Positions 58,126 to 64,000 of a stretch of DNA of 64,000 bases are shown one piece after another. The position numbers and the translations under genes are program-made. Numbering within the stretch: position 1 is the stretch's first letter; every line of letters begins with the position of its first letter. Origin of the DNA: a virus; the IMG/VR virus record IMGVR_UViG_3300043409_000680, positions 9,634-73,633 of that record. One strand, given 5' to 3'. Below the pieces are notes generated by a model. The model was not told where the DNA came from. It saw nothing but the letters and a program-made list of their open reading frames with translations, and searched no databases.

Positions 58126-59514
58126 TTAGTTGTTTGTGTTGACTAACCATTTAGCCATCTCAGCTTCTGGTGAGATGTCGGCTTCCTTCTCAAGCTCGAC
58201 TGGTATTTCAATACCAAAGTCAGACTTAATGTTGTGTTCGTGTGTCTGAAATACTAAACGCACGCTTGGTTGCTCATCAGCACCGAAGTGAGCGATGAAG
58301 TTCTCGATTGCAAACTCATAGCCTAGGTCAGCATCTTTGATGAACTGCTCGATCTCGATGAGCATGTTAGTAGAGATTGGAGTTTCATACTGACCTTTGG
58401 CTGCTTCAGAACGAAGCTGCTTAGTTACAAGCAACAGAGCCTTAGATGAGATGAGCTTGGACTCAACCGCATCATCGTAATCCCATGACAGTTGAATGTC
58501 AAAGCGGTTACGCATTGCAAAGTTGAGCGGAGTTGTACCAATGTAGTCTGGGTTCATCGTAGCAAAGATTGTAAGGTCTTGGTGAGCGATGATTGTTTCA
58601 CCCATGTGGTCTAGCAATGTAATGCTACGACGACCATCAGTGAGCGGATAGAGAGTAGTGTAAATCTTAGGGCTGATGAAGTTCATCTCATCAAGCAGTA
58701 AGACACCACCGTTACGAACTACGTCAGTGACTGGACCATCAATCCATCCATAGCCACCGTTGCCATCAGGAATGAAACCACCGAACAACTGGCGTGATTC
58801 CATAGATGCATTACCAGATACTGTAGCCATACGTAAGCCACGAGCAGCGGCCCACGCTTCTACAGCGGTTGTCTTACCAGGACCAGTTGGACCATAGATA
58901 AGAACGTTGATGCTATCAGCACGAGCCTTATCGAAAGCCTTGAAGTCTTCGACTCCATAGACCTTACGATGAACGTAGCGTTCAGCTAGTCTCATTGGTG
59001 GCACTGTAGCCAGCGACACATTGAATGCGGGCTGGGCTGTTGTTGTTTGTGTTGGCAACTCATGCACAGGTACTATCAGTGGGACTGTAGTACTAGATGC
59101 TGAGCGGTTGTCTTTAACGAATGTATCCAAGCCATCGTCTCCTTCGATTATGCGTTGGTAGATATCGTAGATGATATCTGTCAACGGTCGGTCATCTGTA
59201 TTTGGATCAGCTTTAGTATGTGCTTGGCACGCCTTTGTACCTAACACAGGGGAATAGCCTTTGGCAGTCATTGCTTTATCATCTGCCGGGGTAACATACA
59301 CACCAGACATCTGACGTGTTAGTTTCTCAGCATCATTGATATCTGATACCAGACTGTCTAAGTTTGTTTCTACCCATGCATTGTGATGACCTTTAGTGCC
59401 ATCAGTCTTGCGTGAATAGATACGAACATCATTACCGTGAGGAGTTACTATCACCTGACGGCGAGAGGCTCCCATTGATGGTTCGTATGATTCTGTGAAC
59501 ACTGCTATGTTCAT
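58126..59514 (-). CDS. MoxR/CbbQ-type AAA+ ATPase
   Basis: GPTGPGKT, WIDGP, LLLDEMN, ATMNP.Y.GT..LN, NRF. Confidence 0.9.
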   Translation of the reverse strand: MNIAVFTESYEPSMGASRRQVIVTPHGNDVRIYSRKTDGTKGHHNAWVETNLDSLVSDINDAEKLTRQMSGVYVTPADDKAMTAKGYSPVLGTKACQAHTKADPNTDDRPLTDIIYDIYQRIIEGDDGLDTFVKDNRSASSTTVPLIVPVHELPTQTTTAQPAFNVSLATVPPMRLAERYVHRKVYGVEDFKAFDKARADSINVLIYGPTGPGKTTAVEAWAAARGLRMATVSGNASMESRQLFGGFIPDGNGGYGWIDGPVTDVVRNGGVLLLDEMNFISPKIYTTLYPLTDGRRSITLLDHMGETIIAHQDLTIFATMNPDYIGTTPLNFAMRNRFDIQLSWDYDDAVESKLISSKALLLVTKQLRSEAAKGQYETPISTNMLIEIEQFIKDADLGYEFAIENFIAHFGADEQPSVRLVFQTHEHNIKSDFGIEIPVELEKEADISPEAEMAKWLVNTNN

Positions 59515-59532
59515 AGGTTCCCTTTCTGTTGG

Positions 59533-59772
59533 TTATTGATTTTTATCAAGGAGGCGATCCTCCATGACTGTTGCAAACGTGAACATTGCTTGCTTCTCAG
59601 CAGGCCATTCCGTTATTAGTTCAAACAGAATGTCATGTTGAATTGCTTTCTCCATGACTTTTCTGAATTTATCTTGAGCAAAGACTAGGAACTCTTCCTG
59701 CTCTGCTTCTGGAATATCATTGAGACTAAACTCTTGAGATTCCATTCCTTCATCTTCACATTCATGACACAT
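59533..59772 (-). CDS. acidic hypothetical protein
   Basis: SD AAGGAG. Confidence 0.65.
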   Translation of the reverse strand: MCHECEDEGMESQEFSLNDIPEAEQEEFLVFAQDKFRKVMEKAIQHDILFELITEWPAEKQAMFTFATVMEDRLLDKNQ

Positions 59773-59791
59773 GTTATTCTCCTTTTGTTAG

Positions 59792-59963
59792 TAGTTTGGT
59801 TGGCTTACCCTCGTTGCCTTGCAGGGACAATCTGATATGCCTGCACCGTTTGAAAGGCAGTCCAACACTGGTTGTTACACGCAACTGTGTCGCTGTTCGC
59901 TTCGTAATCGGGATCTAGGGGGATCTGAGGTATGCTTGGAGATAGGCTTAGCCAACCAAACTA
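59792..59963. ncRNA. candidate structured RNA closed by a 14-bp inverted repeat
   Basis: TAGTTTGGTTGGCT...AGCCAACCAAACTA enclosing three internal hairpins. Confidence 0.45.
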
Positions 59964-60031
59964 GTGAACTAACATCTACAAGGGAAAGGGAGGTTTTTAC
60001 ACACAGTGTTATCACCTCCTAGCAGTCCTTG

Positions 60032-60346
60032 TTAGAGGTTAGTGTATTCACTCGCATCATTGAATGGTTCACTGGGATCGTTATAGATCGCATTGAGCCA
60101 TGGCTTGAAACGATTTGATATTGCTTTAGGTTTGTCACTAGGTCGTGTAGACTCATAACACCCTAAATAGCTTTCGTGATAGTGTTCATAGCTTTTGTAT
60201 CGAGTATTAAATACCTCGAGACTCTTTTGATGTGGTTGAATACGACGACCACAGTTACCACATGATGTGCGGTCGTTTATTACATCAGACATGGTTGGAC
60301 TATCTGCTATGTCTGGTTCGTAGCTTGGCCTTTTTTTAGTAGGCAT
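60032..60346 (-). CDS. hypothetical protein, zinc-binding
   Basis: SD GGAGG; CGNC...H...C. Confidence 0.65.
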   Translation of the reverse strand: MPTKKRPSYEPDIADSPTMSDVINDRTSCGNCGRRIQPHQKSLEVFNTRYKSYEHYHESYLGCYESTRPSDKPKAISNRFKPWLNAIYNDPSEPFNDASEYTNL

Positions 60347-60370
60347 TGCTCCTCCGTTTGTTTGTGTTGG

Positions 60371-60886
60371 TTAGTTGTTTGGATATAGCACTGGACGTTC
60401 AAGTTGTGTCCAGGTATCAACTGCATTTCGTGTGCTGTTCTGGATAAGCTCATTGAATGCATTACCAGGCATTGACTTACTGATTGCCATAGCAATACTT
60501 TTAAGGAAATTACTTGCTGTTGACATATTGTTACGTTTGATTATTTTGGCTGCAATAGTTTTCTCACCTAATACAGTTGCAAATACAGCAGCGTATTCAC
60601 TGTAGCCAAGTAATCTAGGATCTCCATCATCTAAAGATGAGATTACTGTAGATAATGTTCTCAGTGCTATTTCAATATCATTCCTACTTGATTGCTCTAA
60701 TAGGTAATTGATAACAGCATCTCTAAAGTTGCTGCTTTGTGCACCAACATCTAGAATTGTGCTAGAAATATTACCCCGTGTAAGAAGAAATGCTGTTCTG
60801 TTATGAGTAGCGTCCCCATCAACATACAAAGCATCCGCTTGCAACAGAACTGTTGGATCATAGGCTATCTTGATATCATCCAGCAT
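60371..60886 (-). CDS. hypothetical protein
   Basis: Helical ORF with start overlapping the upstream gene end. Confidence 0.65.
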   Translation of the reverse strand: MLDDIKIAYDPTVLLQADALYVDGDATHNRTAFLLTRGNISSTILDVGAQSSNFRDAVINYLLEQSSRNDIEIALRTLSTVISSLDDGDPRLLGYSEYAAVFATVLGEKTIAAKIIKRNNMSTASNFLKSIAMAISKSMPGNAFNELIQNSTRNAVDTWTQLERPVLYPNN

Positions 60887-61628
60887 ATTGTTGTACCATC
60901 CTTTCAAGTTCACTCATCGCAGGCATTGTTACCTGAGTGAGCGGGTTGATTGTTATTATCTTTCTATCCTTTACCCTGAGTGGGGAACCATCCCAGTCTA
61001 AAGAAATTGGTTTGTTACCGTAGTCACGTTTACCCGTGCCACTACATGCGTTACATTCATGTGCACGTTTTACTTTATGAGCATCTAACAAGCCATGTTC
61101 ACATGGTAAGGTATGATATGAGCGGTATGGATGTGTTTGTGTTGAGCCAGGATGTTCGGGGCATGAGAACACGCCGTTACTATCTTTGTCTCCTTTATAG
61201 CACGGCACAGCATTGCACCAGCCATCTACTTTGCCTGTTTTAGCACAGATACGACAGCCTTGTATTTTAGAAGGAGTAAGTGCAGGATCCATTTCAATCA
61301 CTTTAATTTGATAGTTACGTTGATAAACTTCAATGCCTGTGTACTTCCATATGCGATAACGAACACCTTGAGATTTTAAGATTTGGTATGAGCCACCCCA
61401 ACCGGTAGTAACTATTTCACCTTTAAGCGTGAATGAATCATCATTGTGTACTGTGATGAATGGGAAGTTACCTGCCCATGTAGCAATGATTTGTAAGTCA
61501 CCGCCAGCTGGTTGCCATTTGTTAGCCTTTTGAATTCTCATCCCATATTCATACAACGGGCGCATATACTTCTTACGACCACCGTCTAAGTAATCAGACC
61601 AGTAATCGTATGTATGCATTCTATACAT
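60876..61628 (-). CDS. protein with DnaJ-like zinc-finger repeats
   Basis: CRICAKTG, CPEH, CEHG, CNACSGTG. Confidence 0.65.
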   Translation of the reverse strand: MYRMHTYDYWSDYLDGGRKKYMRPLYEYGMRIQKANKWQPAGGDLQIIATWAGNFPFITVHNDDSFTLKGEIVTTGWGGSYQILKSQGVRYRIWKYTGIEVYQRNYQIKVIEMDPALTPSKIQGCRICAKTGKVDGWCNAVPCYKGDKDSNGVFSCPEHPGSTQTHPYRSYHTLPCEHGLLDAHKVKRAHECNACSGTGKRDYGNKPISLDWDGSPLRVKDRKIITINPLTQVTMPAMSELERMVQQYAG

Positions 61629-61939
61629 TAGTTAGCCTCCGCAGTCTCAAACAATCCAGCCATGCATCCTACTGCAGGCTCATCGTCTAAGTCAACATAG
61701 TGAAGTTCGATAACGCGTTCGCGGTCTCGTTCCAGTGTTTGTGTTGGCTCATCGTCATACCACACAGAGGTGAGTGATATCACAGATGATAACGGCTTGA
61801 GTAACTTAAGCGCAAAGCCTAAGCCATCCATAAGCCCACTGTAATATGCACGGGCATTTTGTTGCTCAAGCCCATGTAATTCAGCATGCTCTTCAAGTAT
61901 CTGCTGTTCTATAGCAGCTACTATCTTCTTTTTACGCAT
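61628..61939 (-). CDS. hypothetical protein
   Basis: SD AAAGG; TAATG coupling. Confidence 0.65.
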   Translation of the reverse strand: MRKKKIVAAIEQQILEEHAELHGLEQQNARAYYSGLMDGLGFALKLLKPLSSVISLTSVWYDDEPTQTLERDRERVIELHYVDLDDEPAVGCMAGLFETAEAN

Positions 61940-62199
61940 TGCTATGTCCTTTCTACTATAGTCTCTACACTACTGTGCAGAGTATCAATGCCGTCATTCC
62001 ACAGCATTAAAGCTTCTTTACGTGTTAGACCATGAAATAGTTGTGCTTTAACTATAAATAGGGAACGGTCAATAAAAGTATTTGTAGCTATTTTTAGTTT
62101 CATTTCTTATGTGCTCCATAATTAAACGCTAGTACTATAAACAACAGCACTGCGTACACGATGATCCATTTGATCATTTGTTATCCTTTCTGTTAGTGT

Positions 62200-62301
62200 G
62201 CACACATACGTCGGGTTTCTCAAGGCATAGCCGTTCGCTATGCTCCCCTGTCGAGGTCCTCTATTACGACAACCCCTCCCATCTGCCACCCGTATGTATG
62301 C
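62200..62301 (-). ncRNA. candidate multibranch RNA
   Basis: 11-bp closing stem GCAUACAUACG/CGUAUGUGUGC with two internal hairpins. Confidence 0.45.
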
Positions 62302-62340
62302 GTTGGGAGTATCTCCGTGCTTGCGCGAGGGAGAATAATA

Positions 62341-62430
62341 GTGAGCAGTTTGTATTCCTCATACTCAGGAGGCGTCCTGTTGGACAGGCAACATTAGTAA
62401 GCAGTTTATCCTTCACATGCTTAGGTGAGG
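62341..62430 (-). ncRNA. two tandem H-type pseudoknot motifs
   Basis: CCUCAC-CUAAGCAU-GUGA...AAAC-UGCUUA and CCUC-CUGAGUAU-GAGG...AAAC-UGCUCA; compensatory changes between copies. Confidence 0.6.
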
Positions 62431-62478
62431 AGTTCTTTTACCTCAGGAAGAACTTTAGAAACCAACCAGCGTTAACTG

Positions 62479-62928
62479 TTAGCGAAGATACTGGAAGAAT
62501 CCACTCTTCATTGACACCTTGATGTCAGTATCTATGCAGCCCTTGAACATAGCAATAGCATTCTCAATCTCTTCCAGAGGTGCAACCTTTTGGTTGTAGT
62601 TAGTCTGGTCATATTGAGGCCGCATATTTTGATCATCTGGGCATGGTCCAATAGCATCAGCAAGCACTGACATATCTACAACCAAATCAATGGTTACAGT
62701 ATGTCTTCGGTAATTGCGGACAGATACGTCGCTATCATCTTCAATCAATGACACAGCGTTCTTCTTGAACCAAGCACGGGCTTTCTTATCCCATGCTTTT
62801 TGCTTGGCTGGAAGTTTGCTTGATGCCTCTTCCCAGTCAGCTATCTCTTTCTTCATGCGGTCACGAGTTGCCTCTAACTGCTTGATAAGAGACTTGGTGT
62901 TGTATGTAACTGATGCGGTTGTAGCCAC
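62479..62928 (-). CDS. hypothetical protein
   Basis: SD GGAGG; GTG start. Confidence 0.7.
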   Translation of the reverse strand: MATTASVTYNTKSLIKQLEATRDRMKKEIADWEEASSKLPAKQKAWDKKARAWFKKNAVSLIEDDSDVSVRNYRRHTVTIDLVVDMSVLADAIGPCPDDQNMRPQYDQTNYNQKVAPLEEIENAIAMFKGCIDTDIKVSMKSGFFQYLR

Positions 62929-62969
62929 GTCAGCCTCCCTTGTCTAGTGTGTGGTTTGTTTGTGTTGGT

Positions 62970-63257
62970 GGTGCTATGCATGGTTTATACTCCCCATACT
63001 ATGTGAGTTAACAGGCTACCGAGTATTTTTTTATCAGAGTAATAGCGGCCAAGTAATGCTGAGCCCACGAAGTCTCAACGATATACAGGGGTAAGGACCA
63101 TGGGGTCGAATACATATAATAGGGTTACCTATTCTCATAGGAATGCCGTTCTAAGTCTTAGCACATGCCTTTCCTAACTACTTATAGCCTCTGTCAGTTG
63201 CACTTTGGATCGCTATGCAATCCGATAGACACGCATCACGTACCTATCGCATGGCAT
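62970..63257 (-). ncRNA. candidate ~290-nt structured RNA
   Basis: At least five stems, several with G-U pairs only on the - strand; no long ORF. Confidence 0.45.
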
Positions 63258-63259
63258 AG

Positions 63260-63300
63260 AAAACTAGACTGGGTAGCAGCCCCTCAACTGCTACCCAGCC
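63260..63300 (-). terminator. intrinsic terminator-like hairpin
   Basis: GGCTGGGTAGCAG-TTGAGGGG-CTGCTACCCAGTC followed by TAGTTTT. Confidence 0.65.
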
Positions 63301-63321
63301 TGTGACTAGGGGATAACGGCC

Positions 63322-63549
63322 CTAGTCCTGCGCAGGTGCAACGCCAAAGTCAGTAACGACGTGGCGTGCTACCTCCAAATATATTTCAGCGTTAGAGAAT
63401 AAATCCTCGGGGTGATACAACTCATCAGGCTTACAGCCCCAGTTGTGTTTGAGATAGTCTTTAAGTCCGGGGACTAACCTATCTACAAACTCAGCAGGTG
63501 TCATGTATCCATTAGCACGCAAGTCTTTTGGTGAACCTTTTTTAGCCAT
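63322..63549 (-). CDS. hypothetical protein
   Basis: SD GGAG; TAATG start. Confidence 0.65.
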   Translation of the reverse strand: MAKKGSPKDLRANGYMTPAEFVDRLVPGLKDYLKHNWGCKPDELYHPEDLFSNAEIYLEVARHVVTDFGVAPAQD

Positions 63550-63669
63550 TAGTTTTTCTCCAGTATCTTGTTAATTAGTTTGAGCATATGTATCTCAGCT
63601 TGTAAAACAGCAAGCTTTGCCTGTATAGCAGCAAGCCGGTCTGATATATCTTTTAAGTTTTCTGTACTT

Positions 63670-63930
63670 TCAGGCACTTTTTTTCCTTTCTATTACCATA
63701 GAAGGTATGTATCCTAGGCCTTCGTATCTTTTGCCACCCCAAATGCCATACAGCCCTGGAGTAGTCTCAGCGTATGTTTTACACGCTGAAAGTAATGGAC
63801 ATGCTTTACATAGTTTTATAGCTAAGCGTATATTTGGGTCGTTTTTTAAGACTGGAAAGAATATTTCCGGGTCAGTTTGGGCACACAATTGTGAGCCATC
63901 TGGATTAAAGTCTTTTACTTTTTTACTCAT
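63670..63930 (-). CDS. whiB: WhiB family transcription factor
   Basis: DGSQLCAQTDPEIFFP...CKACP...C...GIWGG; SD GAGGAGG. Confidence 0.88.
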   Translation of the reverse strand: MSKKVKDFNPDGSQLCAQTDPEIFFPVLKNDPNIRLAIKLCKACPLLSACKTYAETTPGLYGIWGGKRYEGLGYIPSMVIERKKSA

Positions 63931-64000
63931 AGTCTTCCTCCTCATCTGATTGGAATTGATTGAACTCCTCATCAATAAGAAACTGCTTACCAATGAGTAG

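Larger units (their letters stand above)
4032..62968. repeat. dispersed 11-mer CCAACACAAAC, at least 11 copies
   Basis: + strand: 4032, 53495; - strand: 55213, 56234, 57262, 58132*, 59045, 60360, 61135*, 61737, 62958 (* = one mismatch). Confidence 0.9.

Noticed and set aside
59792-59963. Retron msr-msd or DGR element
   Set aside because: No reverse transcriptase and no TR/VR pair seen in the window
62341-62430. Hammerhead ribozyme (CUGA...AAAC)
   Set aside because: Lacks the full CUGANGA/GAAA core and three-stem junction; the second copy has CUAA
53495-62968. CRISPR array built from the 11-mer repeats
   Set aside because: Repeats are too short and irregularly spaced by hundreds of bases, and some are intragenic
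63010-63200. Group I intron (CAGAGGCUA/UAGCCU resembles P7)
   Set aside because: Other core elements are not recognisable, and no interrupted gene flanks it
62955-63285. tmRNA or tRNA-like gene (GGGGCTG...CACCA on the - strand)
   Set aside because: No T-arm TTCRA motif, no matching acceptor stem and no tag ORF; the GGGGCTG lies within a terminator-like hairpin
54022-63949. + strand ORFs in the early region (e.g. 59819-60022, 62178-62522)
   Set aside because: Antisense to SD-led - strand genes or overlapping structured intergenic DNA
63981-63991. Third pseudoknot copy (AAACTGCTTAC)
   Set aside because: Opposite orientation, no matching loop partner upstream, and at the window edge

Overview
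A 64-kb segment of a large contractile-tailed (myovirus-like) dsDNA phage genome. Three WhiB genes, probable leaderless starts and a visibly AT-rich composition point to a low-GC actinobacterial host, such as freshwater Nanopelagicales or Microbacteriaceae (inference). The + strand (1-53.5 kb) carries, in order: FN3/decoration and neck genes; the tail and baseplate module (sheath, tube, chaperone, tape measure with M23 and lysozyme-like domains, hub, spike, gp25, wedge); a replication/recombination block (initiator, DnaC-like loader, DnaB, DnaG, SNF2, SSB, family A polymerase, RecA, resolvases, Cas4-like nuclease); a lysis cassette; a run of small basic low-complexity proteins; a nucleotidyltransferase-HAD-TGT-like trio; and a class II RNR. 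A convergent terminator at about 53.5 kb separates this from a - strand, early-like region (DenV-like glycosylase, MoxR-VWA, WhiB, many small ORFs). No terminase, portal, major capsid, integrase, tRNA or CRISPR array was recognised. The most unusual signals are: (1) an 11-mer, CCAACACAAAC, found at least 11 times and always in the transcribed orientation; (2) a cluster of structured intergenic RNA candidates, including two tandem pseudoknots with compensatory changes; (3) a hairpin that displays the anti-Shine-Dalgarno sequence just upstream of the polymerase gene; (4) a likely +1 frameshift in the tail chaperone; (5) a possible nucleic-acid modification operon. All calls come from motif reading by eye; no database searches or folding programs were run.
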